A DNA stretch of 64,000 nucleotides from NCBI GenBank assembly GCA_951406725.2, contig OX597820.1, positions 103,478,001 through 103,542,000 on the forward strand, given 5' to 3'. This document shows, piece after piece, positions 12,450-27,350 of this stretch (positions within the stretch are counted from its first letter, which is position 1; each line of letters begins with the position of its first letter). The notes below the pieces were generated by a model. That model searched no databases, was not told where the DNA came from, and saw nothing but the letters and a program-made list of their open reading frames with translations. Position numbers and translations under genes: made by a program. This DNA comes from Octopus vulgaris (lineage: Eukaryota).

Positions 12450-13879
12450 CTCTCTGTCTCTTTCTCTCTCTAGCTCTCTCTCCCTCTCTCTTTCTCTCCT
12501 TCTTTCTTTCTCTCTAACTCTCTCGCTCTCTCTAAATGAGTGTGTGTATGTGCGTGTGTCTGTGTGTATGTGTGTGTATGTGTGTGTGTGTGTGTGTATG
12601 TGTGTGTGTGTGTGCGTGCGTGTGTGTGTGTGTGTGTGTGTGTGATTGTTATTACTACTTAACGTGATATAACTGAATTGGCAGAATCATTATAGTGCCC
12701 CTTCTTCTTCAAGACGATAAGATTTCAAAGAAGAATCGTCTGTTATTTCTTGCTTTCTTGCTATATAATTATTGTACGTTTTTGTAAGACGTGGTAGATT
12801 CAGAGCTTCAGCAGCACATTGGAGTCGCATAGAAGGTCCTGAAAGTACACAGTAGTTGCTTTTCATTTGTCTTCTTCTAAGAGGTCTTTAACTCACCGCT
12901 GAAAAATTAACGAAACACTCGTCTACTTTTATAGTTCTGCCGCTGCTTACCATCTAAGAAAGTGACCTTATACGAGTTGATTGTTTAGTATATTTGATCA
13001 TGTACCAAATAAATGCAGCTACACTGACAAAATGCGAGCCACTGATGATAAAGAACACAAAAGGGAATAGTGAGCCGGGTACTCCACTTACTGTGAAGGC
13101 GAGTGGCCTCGTGGTTAGGGCGTTGCACTCACAATCGCAAGATTATGGTATCGATTTCCAAACTGAGAGTGTGCGTCTTCATATTGAAAGAATCTGCAGA
13201 TATGTGTTTCTGCATATGTATCTGTGCGTAATTGTTGTTGGTGAGATGTGCAGACCTGCAATTTCCCATGGAGGTGAAAAGCGTGGAGATTGAAAAGAGA
13301 GCGTAAATACTTTGATAAATAAAAATGTGTTTCGTATACCGACAATCCCTAAGAAATCAAGGGTCTGCGTGAGAATTCTCTTTTGTAAAATAAAAAAATA
13401 GCTACTTTAGTAAAAAGAAAAGTGACATAAGATTTGACAAACATTTTGATATTTGTTAATTCGAGAACATCGGTTTATTGAATATAACACTACATATTCC
13501 GACATGCAGTGGTTAATTATCTGGGATGGGATGTAATAGTCAATTTTTGTCTGTATATCAGTCATGCTTTCGTTATTGTTCTTTCCTGATTTTAGTTTTG
13601 CTGCTTTTATTTTTGTTTTTGATGGTAGTGTTGATGTTGTTATTGTTGCAACCGTTAATGAAGGCTTGGTCGAAAAAGTAAGTCTCTGACTTCAATCATA
13701 GTAATGTCTCTCTCCGTTCATCACTCACCACACTACAAGTTTTCTAAATAATGCAAGGGTTGGTTCATTGAACCTAAATTGGCTAGAGTCTCATCGAAGC
13801 TAAGTTTGTTATCTATCCTATCTACGATGTATTTGATGTATTTGTTCATTATCTACATGATTTACATTTGACGGATATT

Positions 13880-15014
13880 TGACTGAAATGTTAAAACGTG
13901 TCTCAAAACATGAAAACAAGAAAGCATCATACTCAGTAACAAAACAGGCAAAGGAATATCTAAGTAAATCCGAATACAACAAATTTCAGAATTAGACATA
14001 AAAGAAACAAGCACAGAAAAAGCTAAGCGCATGAAAACCCGTGCTAAAACTGCTGCCTTAGATATTCTGAATGATAAATGGCAAGAAAAACCTCTCAATG
14101 GCAAACACCCAAAGAGAGCGAATAATGCAGATGTTGACAAAGCCCTGACCCATCAATGGCTAATGGCCTCTGGCTTAAAGTCTGAAACAGGAGGGTTTAT
14201 CATAGCAGCTCAAGATCAATGCCTACCTACAAGGAACTACCAGGCCAACATATTAAAGAACGGCACTAGCCCAACATGTCCTGTATGTCAACAACAAAAT
14301 GAAACCATTGATCATGTTGTCTCCAAGTGCAGTCTTCTTGCGCCTACAGAGTATCTCAACGGGCATGATAGAGCTGCACAATATATTCACTGGGTAATTT
14401 GCAAAAGCCTAGACTTGCCCCATGATAAAAACTGGTGGGAACACAATCCACCTCCAGTGCTTGAAAATGACCACATCTCACTCCTCTGGAACTTCACCAT
14501 TCAAACTGACAGAAAGATAGACGCGAATAGGGCAGACATCATATTGAAAGACTTCAGACAAAAAAACATGCCTCCTCATTGATATAAACGTATCTGTCAA
14601 GACCTACCAGAAACTGAGCAAATATAAAGATCTGGAAATAGAAATCAGCAAAATGTGGAACCTGAAAACTAAAACAATACCTGTTGTCATAAGTGCCCTG
14701 GGAATGATACCAAAAGGGACTGATTGCTACCTAACTCAGATACCAGGAAACCCCAAAATGGCAGAAATTCAAAAGGTAGTGCTCATGGGAACTGCTCATA
14801 TCCTACGCAAAATACTTTCTATGTAATCTCAAGTTTTAAAACAAACATAATTTTCGTATTATTATTTAGGCATTCACTAGTACAACACTAAGCACAAAAC
14901 CAAATATATGGCACCCTAGGCATAACACCAACACGAACTTCCAACTTGCTATCCCTTGAGGTCTCTGGGTGAGACTTGGAGCCAGCTTGTGCAAGTGTAA
15001 AGCAAAAGTCAAAC

Positions 15015-15068
<54 letters not shown>
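13880..15068 (+). mobile_element. 5'-truncated R4/Dong-clade RLE LINE with (TAA)n tail
   Basis: ORF 14031-14582 has LKSETGGFIIAAQDQ, CCHC CPVCQQQNETIDHVVSKC and RADII (RPD-type endonuclease); after a frameshift KLSKYKDLEIEI..IPVVISALG; ends in (TAA)n at 15017-15068, the known Dong target and tail type. Confidence 0.9.
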
Positions 15069-15071
<3 letters not shown>

Positions 15072-15094
15072 CAACATCAACATCGAAAAATACC

Positions 15095-15232
15095 CAGTTT
15101 CGGAATTTCCCCAAGACACCCGATGAAAGCTGGAGAGTATATCAGTCGAAATGTGTTAACAACAAACAAGATGAGGACAAATATCCGTCAAATGTAAATA
15201 ATGTACATAATTCCTCATCTCTCAAATATAGA
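15095..15232 (+). mobile_element. Penelope-like terminal fragment with decayed hammerhead motif
   Basis: acac-CCGATGA-aagctg..cagtc-GAAA-t-gtgt at 15116-15156. Confidence 0.55.
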
Positions 15233-15893
15233 AATGCATTTGTTGTCATGGGCTAACGTACATGGGATCTTACAGGTTTGTGCATTCCCGTCCATATCTC
15301 CAACAACAACCATAAACTCCACTTTTAGCACCGTGGCGACAATTTAAAACCCTGTATTCAGCTGAGTTATTGGCCAGAAATGATCAATAACATATTTCAA
15401 ATTTGCATTCTTTCTCAGTAGCTCTACCATTCACTACTTCTCAGAAGTGGGAATTCTCCTGTTTTGGTGCCTTTTGCTGTGAACATTTGCAAAGATATAA
15501 GCAAACAAGGCTCGTATGTGTGCATAAATCTCATAGAACAGACCATCTAAAAACGAGTTATTCTTCGCACAACCACTTACTTTATGCGCAGAACTACAGG
15601 CATACCGTTTCGATCTAATTAGATCTTTCTATCCTGGATCATCACTGTCACTGGTCGAACAGAGACAATCAAAGATATCTACTTCTCGTAGTCATCGAGA
15701 AGTGTGTCCCCTGGAAACCAGGGTCCCACACGTAGCTACCATCTCTAAATCTAGTGACTTAACTAAAAAGAAATAAAGAAAAGCGCTGCACACGCATAAA
15801 GCACAAAGGACACTTTGTGGAACTGCAAAAATTTGCATGAAACCGATCAAAACATCATAATAATGATGGTGATGGCGGCGTCGGTAATCTTAG

Positions 15894-15924
<31 letters not shown>

Positions 15925-15982
15925 CTTTTCTGGTTTACAAACCCTTGTCAAACCGTCCAGCCTATTCCAACATGGAAAACAG

Positions 15983-15983
15983 G

Positions 15984-16056
<73 letters not shown>

Positions 16057-16127
16057 GGTGGTGGTGGTGGTGGTGGTGATGGTGGTGATGATGATGATGA
16101 TGATGATAATGACATTGATGATGACGT

Positions 16128-16174
<47 letters not shown>

Positions 16175-16192
16175 GCGACGACGACGACGATA
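15983..16192. repeat. Compound (GAT)n/(GGT)n microsatellite
   Basis: Direct inspection; source of the poly-M/V/H ORFs. Confidence 0.95.
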
Positions 16193-16916
16193 TAACATAG
16201 ACGTCTGCCTACTACACAAACTGAAACCGTGCCCTTTTCGTTCTTGTAAAACGAGGTAAAAGACTTCTTTTTTTTTTTTGATGTGGGGTGGAACGTATTA
16301 GTTTTTCCTTTCTTTTTTTTTCCTTTCTCCTTCAAGTGTTTTCTTGCGACAGGCGATTTGCTTGATCCTTACTGACATTCTTAAATTAATGACATTGATG
16401 TAGACAACGAACATCATAAGTTACAAAGGATGAAGAAAAAAAAATACACAGAAAGCCAAGAATATGATACAAAATGTCAAAGACAGAAAAACATTGAGAT
16501 GGAAAAGCTGCCATTCTTGTTAACAGGTAATTAGCCATACAAGGACCAACCAAGATAAAACTTCCAGAGCTGGAAGATAATTGAATCGACAGCATATCAA
16601 CTAAGATTTACTTAGATTTCGTTATATTATCTAGATATGCGTAATGTATGGCAATGGTCTATTCTCTCTCACTTTCTTTCTCTTGTTCCACTTAGACGAA
16701 AATACGTAGTGACAAACGTACATGCATATGGATGAACGAGCATATTATGTCTATATAAAATATATTAGACACATATTTAAGCACACACGCACACACGTGC
16801 ACACTGTCACTAAAGCACACACGCACGCACACACACTCACCCCACACGCAAACATCTATGTTTCTATATACATATATTCATAAATATGTATACATAGGTA
16901 TATAAATATATACATA

Positions 16917-16963
<47 letters not shown>

Positions 16964-17128
16964 GCACACACAAGCACACACACACACACACACACGTATA
17001 CACAGATATACGTCTATCATTCATGCATATTTTATATTTTCATCTTTCTGTCTTTGCGCCTGTGTACATTCATACATACATAAATATATGTATGTGCGCG
17101 CATACACACACACACATATATACATATT

Positions 17129-17175
<47 letters not shown>

Positions 17176-17344
17176 CATATATACATATATATATGCTGTA
17201 TATATATAATACATACATATGTTTATATATATTTATCACACATATACACACATATACACATATGCATATATCATATCATATCTATATATATGTATATACA
17301 TACATACATACATACATCTATCTATCTATCTATCTATCTGCCTA

Positions 17345-17400
<56 letters not shown>

Positions 17401-17627
17401 AGTGTGTGTGCATGTGTGTATGTTTGTGTAGATAGAGAGAGAGAGAGACAAAGGAAGAGAGAGACATATCCATATATATATATATATATATATGTACACA
17501 CATACATACACACACACTGATATACATATATATATATTCATACATATATATATATATATACATTCACACATATACAAACATATATATCATATATCATATC
17601 TATATATATGTATATACATACATACAT

Positions 17628-17674
<47 letters not shown>

Positions 17675-17682
17675 ATCTTTAA

Positions 17683-17895
17683 TTCTTTTACTTGTTTCAG
17701 GCATTTGACTGGGGCCATGCTGCAGCACGCCTTTAGTCGGACAAATCGATCCCAGGGCTTACTCTTTGTAAGCCTGGTACTTATTAAATCGGACTCTTAT
17801 GCCGAACCGCTAGATTACGAGAATGTAAATTCACCAACATCGGTTATCAAGCGATAGTGGGGGGACAAACAGAGACAGACAAATACATACATATG

Positions 17896-17941
<46 letters not shown>

Positions 17942-18194
17942 AAAAAAAAATAATATATATATATATATATGGTGAGGGGACAAACATAGACACACAAATG
18001 CATACATATGTATATATAAATAAAATACACGACGAGCTTCTTTCAGTTTCCATCTACCAAATACACTCACAAGACTTTGGCTGGTTTGAAGGCTATAGTG
18101 GAAGACACTTGCCCAAGGTGCCACGCAATGGGACTGAACCCGGGACCATGTGGTAGAGAAGCAAGCTTCTCACTACACAGCCACTCCTGCGCCT
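17683..18194 (-). mobile_element. Family-A SINE
   Basis: Reverse complement of 11249-11626 with an expanded internal (TA)n. Confidence 0.85.
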
Positions 18195-18372
18195 ATATAT
18201 ATGAACAAATATACGCATTTACATGTAAATACATATATATTTATATACAATACATATATATCTATATATATAATATGCATACATATAAGATACATATATT
18301 CTTATACACATATATAGATGTACTTGACGCATTTTTTCTCTCCTTGTTTCTCTCCTTGTTTTTTTCTGTGTA

Positions 18373-18410
18373 TCTTTCTGTCGAAGAGCGTAGGCTCGAA
18401 ACGTAAAAGA
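18373..18410 (+). ncRNA. Minimal type-I hammerhead-like motif (A6U core) in a Penelope-like fragment
   Basis: TCTTT-CTGTCGA-A-GAGC(GTAG)GCTC-GAA-ACGT-A-AAAGA: 5-bp stem I, 4-bp stem II, palindromic stem III, GUA site. Confidence 0.55.
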
Positions 18411-18497
18411 CTTTTTATATTCCTGAGCGCTATACTAATACAATTGTTTGTTTGTATTCCACCTGCCTTCGTCTTTTGTTTATTTTCGTAAACTTTC

Positions 18498-18570
<73 letters not shown>

Positions 18571-19088
18571 ATATATATATATATATGTATGTATATAAAT
18601 ATATATTTATGGATGGATGGATGGATGGATGGATGGGTAGATGTATATATATTAGTTTGGAATGTAACGTCGATTTTTGCGTTTTTTGAAACGATCATTC
18701 TGAAGGTGCTTTTTTTAATAATTACTGTAAAATGAGCATTAATTTTTGCAATGTGAGGGTCCCCCCCCCCCCCACAGTTTTTTTTTTTTGCCCATTCCTT
18801 GATACCATCATGGTTCAATATGTATCGATTCTAACCTTTTAAAATGAGTTTATATCAAACCCATATTAGAACTATATGCTTTGTGAACCCCAAAAGGGGC
18901 TTTTCTGCAATTGAACCGACCAGAAATATTCGTTCTCTGTATGTAAATATCAGGACATGCTAACGATGATTTGGTAACCAGTCTTTTGTTTTTCATCATT
19001 ACTTTTCCTATTTTTCCTAAGGTTCAAACGTCTCGAACGCTTCGGTGTGTCCTCTATATATAGGGAAAATTTATCTCTAAAAGATAAA

Positions 19089-19217
19089 TTACATACATAC
19101 ATACATACATACATACAAACATACATACATACTTACATACATACATACATACATATATACGTACATACATACATACATACATACATACATACATACATAC
19201 ATACATACATACATACA

Positions 19218-19251
<34 letters not shown>

Positions 19252-19490
19252 CATACATACATGCATACATTCGTGCATACATACATACATACATACATAC
19301 ATACATACATACATACATACATACATGCATGCATGCATACATTCGTGCATACATACATACATGCATGCATGCATACATACATACATACAAACAAACATAC
19401 ATACATACATACATACATACATACATACATACATACATACATACATACATACATACGTACATAAACACATGCATACATACATTCATTCAA
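19089..19490. repeat. (TACA)n microsatellite, ~400 bp
   Basis: Direct inspection. Confidence 0.95.
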
Positions 19491-20365
19491 GACACACAAT
19501 ACGGCACTAATACACTCCAGCCCCTCTTCCCTCCATCTGAAAATGCCTTTCACAACAATTCTTCCAAAACAGCCGAAAACCCACACCCAACCATAATAAC
19601 TCGCCGTAAAGTCTGACACTTCCCTTCATCTCCCACCATTCATCATCAACCTATCCCATCTACCAATAAGGGACGGGTTAATGAAGGGAGCCCCTCTGTG
19701 GTGATAGTAACTGCTAGAAACAACAATCAAATGCGTCTGAAATCACAATCTATCGTTAAAAAATGGATAATTCGTATAATGGTATTAGGAATACATCATG
19801 CGTGACATACGGACTGGGTGGCCATGATTAGAATGTCTTTCCTTATAAGTCACCATGATCAGGAATGACTTTGAGCTAAGCAACCATATTAACAACCCTT
19901 CTAGAAATAACAGCCAATATCCCGCATATCATATTCTACCGTCCTAAAAAAATTGAAGGAGATATTAGGCTTTATAATACTACAAAGCTCCTGAAATCGG
20001 AATGATTGTAGTTCAAATGTCTTTGATCATAACTTTACCCAATTTAGGCTGACCGAGGGTTAAACAACAAAACTGTTATATATGAATGATGGAGTAAATC
20101 GAAGTAGTCAGGGAAATTTTGCAGTTGCTCGACCTACAAAAAATAGAAGCTAAGTTTCCATCACTTCACATCCTAAACTAATTTTTAAAAATTGACGCAT
20201 TAGATGACGTTCATTCAGATACACGATACTTCAAAAAATAGGATGGGATTGTCATGGCTGGAATGCCATTCGTTACAGGTCTGTATTATCAAGATCGACT
20301 TGCGGCTAGGTAATAACACTACTTCGCCACTCACACACACACACAGACACACACACACACATATA

Positions 20366-20420
<55 letters not shown>

Positions 20421-20500
20421 ATGTATAGATATATATATATAGATATTATATATGCATATACATATATATACATATTTATATGTGTGTGTATATATGTATA

Positions 20501-20542
<42 letters not shown>

Positions 20543-20831
20543 TTTTATTTGTTTCAGTCATTTGACTGCGGCCATACTGGAGCACCACCTTTAGTCGAGG
20601 AAATTGACACTAGGACTTATTCTTTGTAAGCCTAGTACTTATTCTATCGGACCCTTTTGCCGAAGCGCTAAATTACGGGGACGTAAACACACCAACATCT
20701 GTTGTCAAGCGATGGTGGGGAGATCGATAGAATAAGTACTAGGCTTACAAAGAATAAGTCCTGGGGTCAATTTGCTCGACTAAAGGTGGTGCTCCAGCAT
20801 GGCCGCAGTCAAATGACTGAAACAAATAAAA
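20543..20831. mobile_element. Fold-back of two family-A SINE 3' halves
   Basis: Arms 20543-20649 and 20725-20831 are near-perfect reverse complements. Confidence 0.85.
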
Positions 20832-21257
20832 GAAAAAGTATATATACACGAGGAAATCCAGGATATGCCCCGTGCTTAAATATTCTAATTTTCAAATTTA
20901 CCGCGCAATCTTCATAGATACCATCTGATAAGTTAGTATTCAAATATATATATTTAATCTAAGGTGTACCTGCTGAAGAAGGCTTCGCTTTGCAAATTAT
21001 TTTATTTGCTAAAAAAAGTTTGAAACCATTGGTCCAGGAGTTAGATGGTAAATGTTTTTATTTTTTATTCCTTTCGAAATTTTATCCCTAATAGTGATTT
21101 GGAATTTAACTGTCCTCTCTAGCGTGCAGGTAGTCCTATGATGGCTACCTCTTATGTGTTTAAATGTACGCTATAGTTATATGAATAATATATAGTTTAT
21201 TCACTAAATTGTTACACGCTAGGCCACTGGTAATGGAGATTTCAAATATTTCAGATC

Positions 21258-22294
<1,037 letters not shown>

Positions 22295-22302
22295 CAATAC
22301 AT

Positions 22303-22700
22303 ACTCTTACTCTTTTACTCTTTTATTTGTTTCAGTCATTTGACTGCGGCCATGCTGGAGCACCGCCTTTAATCGAGCAAATCGACCCCGGGACTTATTC
22401 TTTGTAAGCCCAGTACTTATTCTATCGGTCTCTTTTGCCGAACCGCTAAGTGACGGGGACGTAAACACACCAGCATCGGTTGTCAAGCAATGCTAGGGGG
22501 ACAAACACACACACACAAACATATACACACACACTTATATATATATACATATATACGACAGTCTTCTTTCAGTTTCCGTCTACCAAATCCACTCACAAGG
22601 CATTGGTCAGCCCGGGGCTGTAGCAGAAGACACTTGCCCAAGATGCCACGCAGTGGGACTGAACTCGGAACCATGTGGTTGGTTAGCAAGCTACTTACCA
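22303..22700 (-). mobile_element. Family-A SINE (young subfamily)
   Basis: Shares diagnostic variants with 54045-54440 (cccctagca, cgtcactta, actgggct, cgattaaa). Confidence 0.9.
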
Positions 22701-23479
22701 CGTATGAAATGTGATATATAAACACTCTATACTCCGAGTTAGATATTTAGTGCGATTTATTCCTTCCGTAGTCAATGAGTTTGCTTCGAGTATAACCCTA
22801 TCAGTGAACTGGTCTATTTTGAGATAGAGATAAGATTTTCCTCATTTTCTTTAGAAGAGATATTTGGTCTTTCTTTCTTTTCTCTTTTTTTTTTTACATT
22901 TTTCTTCTCAGGTTAGTGTTCCTCATTAATTAACTTTATGGCATTTTCATTTTCTGGTGTTACAATTCAGTTTTCATATGATAATATTTATTCGAATCGA
23001 AAACAACGGCTTCTTTCTCCACTTAGGAAACACATTATGTCTACATTGAGGTTGAAATATAAACAACGCACCAGCTTCCGATGTGTTATAATCATCTCAT
23101 CGTCTTCTCGCATAAACTAATTCAAAAGGCCAAATGCAGAAGTCAAGGTAGGCGCTGAAAATGGGCGAAGCTTTATTACGGTAAGAAAATTTTTCAAAAT
23201 TTTTTTTACCTTAAATAAAAAATAATTTACTCTCACTGACATTTCAATGAAGCAAAAAGAAGGGAAAAAATCACAAAAATACTTCTGAAATGATGGAATG
23301 GCAGAAAATAGACGCTGAACAACTCCATGACCATTACCATCATCATCATCGTCATCGTCTTCGTCGTCGTCGTCGTCGTCGTCGTCATCATCATCATGAT
23401 CAGCATCATCATCAGCATCACCACCACCATTATCCTCATGAACGCCATTATCATCATCACCACCACCACCATCATCATC

Positions 23480-25800
23480 ATCATCAATATTTAATACGCA
23501 TTTTTCTATAACTTGAATGAATTGGATGCCCTAGAAGTCACTCATGTCACCACTTGTCTGAACCTGTGTCACTCTTTCTGTGAGGGTCCCGAAACCTAGA
23601 TCTATCAGTTGCACCATTAATTCAATTTGAGTGTTGTTGCTTCCTTTCGTGGAGTCTAATGTGTTTCATGCGTGGTTGGTTAAGTTGTGATATTTCTGTT
23701 CGTTTGTGACTGGTCATCGTTTTTATTTCCAGTGTATATTCTCTTTATGAGTTCGTATCGCTATACTTCTTTATAGACTGACAACTGTGATGAGCAATTA
23801 TTCTTTACTTTCTTGAAATATTCATGTCTTGTAATAGGTTCGTCACACATGACATCTCATCTGGCTCAAAATATTTCAAGTTCTCAACTAGCTTCGTAAG
23901 GGGTATTGTAAGCTATGTCATTTACGTTTTCTTAGTGAGCCATACTAGTTTTTCTTCGTCTTATTACCCTAAATACGTATTTGCAATCACCAAATTTGAT
24001 TCCAAATTCGCTGGAATTGCAGGTGTCGAAATCCGATTACAATTTGATATGTGATATGATTGACTAAATTCTGGCCTATAAAGCTTCAAACTGTTTTCAT
24101 AGAAAAGGCAAGAATTTTACTTATATACAGTATATTCATTTCTATAAACACTATGTTTGTTTTTGCTGAACCACAGAAGAGTTTATGTATTGTCAAGGGC
24201 ATTCTGTCTGTGACTGCCCCTTCTTTTATTCAGATATAGTCTGTCAAATGTGTTTCACCTTTATTAAAACAGTAAGTAGCACTTTAAAGGGGAATTGGTT
24301 GGTGTATTTAAAAGATCGAGCGACTGCATGGAGGCTCTTATCCCTAGTTCGGTGAATCCCGTACCTATGCTTTGTTGTTTAACAACAGAAAACGTTATAA
24401 AACTCGCAAGCTCCTGCCCTGGAGGATGCTTTTGGATAATCTATTATGTTAAATTTTTTCCTCTCATTTCGCAGGAGTAGAAGAATGTACTATGGCTTGC
24501 TTAGGTTTTGAATAGCAGCTACTTGTGATTTTAGAACTTTGTCTAATAAAATAAGCCTTGGTAATCGAGTCATATGGATAATTCAGTCATATTTTTGGAT
24601 AGGGATAGAATTTTCCTAATTTCCTTTAGAAGATATATTTGTTCTGTTTTCTTTTTCTTCATTTCTCTTCTCAGGTTAATGTTTCTCTGTAATTACCTTA
24701 TGGCATTTTCATTCTCTCGTGTTACAGTTCAGTTTTCATATGATTATATTTATACAAATTGAAAACAACGGCTTCCTTCTCTACTTAGGAAACATAATCT
24801 GTTTACATTAAGATTGAGATATAAACAACAAACCAGCTTCCGAGGTGTTATAATAATCTCGTCGTGTTCTTGCTTAAACAAATTCAAAAAGGTTTCAGGT
24901 AGTTCACCCGTACTGCAGTTAAATTCATACATTTCCCCCCCTTGTGATGTCTTGAATCACTTGGTGAATAAGTAGCAATTCTATACAGCCTCATGCTTCC
25001 TTCTATTATCCATCTTACACAGAGGGCAAACGATCAAGTGAGAAAAGACTGGTGATTCCAGTGAATATCTCAGGTTATCGGGTGGTTATATCTAGTCTGG
25101 TTGGTTTGCTATGTTTTGACATTAGAGGGTAAGGGCAGTTGGTATCTGTTTGGGCTATTCGAACCCATTTTTCTTTCTATAAAATGTAATCAAACTCAAT
25201 GATAGATGGTGGAATTATTGTAGCAAATTATTGTAGCAAATTTTTGTAGCAAATTATTGTAGCAAATTTTTGTAGCAAATTTTTGTAGCAAATTTTTGTA
25301 GCAAATTATTGTAGCAAGTTATTGTAGCAAATTTTCTGTCATAAGATCTGGCCTTCAGAAATTTAGTTTTGCTATTTTCTCAAAAACTTTTTCCCGCGCT
25401 GTGTCATTTATTTCACACTGTTCTTGTTCAACATCTTTGCTAGTAGCCTTGTTCTAATTATCTCATCCATCCAGCTTGATTGTTTTACCCGTTATTTCAG
25501 ACTTCCAGTGGCTTTTAACTTGTTCTTCTGATGGGGTGTCTTTTACTGAAATTGTGTTGTTTACGCTGGAAGCTACGGTAGACTGATTTAAAGTCTTTGG
25601 TGAACCGTTAATTCAGCAGTTTTAGCATTTATAATACGATGATTTATATTTTTATTCTTCATTTGTTACTAATTCTTGTTTCATTTGATGTAGTTTAATG
25701 TTTCAAATTTTGCGTCACTAACTTTTTTTCTAATTTTTATTTGTTTCTGATGCTTTCTGAATGTATTGTCCAAGTTTCAATTCATAATTACGAAAATCTG
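23480..25800 (-). mobile_element. Highly decayed RLE-type (R4/Dong-like) LINE RT region
   Basis: Minus-strand remnants resembling the GPD and NYRPIT regions (~25040-25370) and FGIKFG (~23990-24010); many stops; 24585-24892 is duplicated at 22810-23130. Confidence 0.5.
25212..25335. repeat. 13-bp minisatellite (aaattWttgtagc) x9
   Basis: Counted directly. Confidence 0.95.
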
Positions 25801-26162
25801 GGAAATGTTTCTTTGTAGAAATAAAATTATACTTTTCGAAGTACGGGTCCACATATGTACGGCTCATATATATGCATTAGACACGTGCCGTGAATAAGTG
25901 CTAATGGTGGGCCGCAGGTATTAATAAAGTAAATTTTCGAAAAAATAATTAACAATATGAATCAAAGAGCTTCAGATACCACTTGATTACTCAAAGTGTT
26001 AGGCAAATTATTTTTAAATCCCAGTATCACTTCCTACCTCTTTCAGAACACAATATAAAAAGTACAGAAAACAACAAAGTCTTTTCTTCTATGTAATAAA
26101 GCCGCTCAACCACTCTTTCTTGTTGTACATATAAAAGGAAATGTTCTACTTAGTGTTCATAC

Positions 26163-26397
26163 ATATTTCTTTACTACCCACAAGGGACTACACACAGAGA
26201 GGACAAACAAGGACAGACAAGCGGATTAAGTCGATTATATCGACCCCAGTGCGTAACTGGTACTTATTTAATCGACCCGGAAAGGATGAAAGGCAAAGTC
26301 GACCTCGGCGGAATATGAACTCAGAACGTAACGGCAGACGAGATACCGCTAAGCATTTCGCCCGGTGTGCTAACGATTCTGCTAAGCTCGCCGCCTT
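26163..26397 (-). mobile_element. Full-length family-B SINE
   Basis: Reverse complement of 38050-38282, including the tail ..cttgtgggtagtaaagaaata. Confidence 0.9.
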
Positions 26398-26749
26398 AGT
26401 GTTCATACCATTACGCTGCTGAATATGTATATGTTAGCGAGTTTGTTTACCATTTTAATTACATTTGACTCCTCTTCATAACACAATTTAGAAAAATTCA
26501 TAAGGAACTCACTGTCTATATGTGGTCAACAAGAGATATGAGAATTCTTTCAAATACCCACAATGAATCAGAAAATACTGATGAGAAATCTGCATCATCA
26601 TGAGCTGCTGAAAGATGTCTACAAGACACTACCTCCTCCATAAAACAACGACATTGTTGTAACAAACCGTTCACAATGCATGTCTATGCACATACATATA
26701 CATATTCTTTTGTCGCTTTCTCCTCATTTTTTTCTTACTTCCTGAAGAA

Positions 26750-27277
26750 GTCTGTTGATGGAGCATTTAAATTTTTAAAAATTTTATAATCGTGTGATAC
26801 CTATTTTCGAGCACTTTTGATTTTCTTATCGCATACAAATGGTTGTAGGCATTTTCTGACTAGAAGTTTTTTTGTCAGTTCTCGAGTGATATCACGTGGA
26901 TCTTTCTCAATGACGGCCTTTAATTGACCATCATTGATGATAGATGGGTTCCACTCTAAAATGGTTTAAGCCATTTTCGAGCTGACCACTCACTAGTCGC
27001 TTCCTCACCAAACGTTTCGTTGATATCACAAGCAGTTTCAGCTGCTTTACGTCCTTTTTTTGAAGTTGAATTGCAAAATTGCCCGAATATCGCGCTTTGA
27101 CAGTTCCATTTCAGATTATTGTAACAAGGGTGAAAAAATACCAATGTTAATTTATTGATGCATTTGGGCATGTCTATGCCTATATTATTAGACAATTGCA
27201 AAAAAAAAATGCTTTAAAACAATTCAAAACTCTGCAAAAATCCGGTACAAATTCTTCATGGTTACTTGTTACTCAAC

Positions 27278-27281
<4 letters not shown>
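26750..27281 (-). mobile_element. 5' half of a decayed mariner transposon
   Basis: HTH KGRKAAETACDINETFGEEATSEWSARKW (ORF 26956-27201); TIR-like end ..ctcaacctga|ta. Confidence 0.75.

Positions 27282-27349
<68 letters not shown>

Positions 27350-27350
<1 letters not shown>

Noticed and set aside
15815-16335. Poly-Met/Val/His/Ile ORFs
   Set aside because: Translations of (GAT)n/(GGT)n microsatellites; no coding signal.
19047-19619. Long MYVC/HTYI repeat ORFs (also 6519-6848, 29615-30127, 51311-52258 and others)
   Set aside because: Stop-free frames of (TACA)n, (TA)n and (GATA)n repeats.
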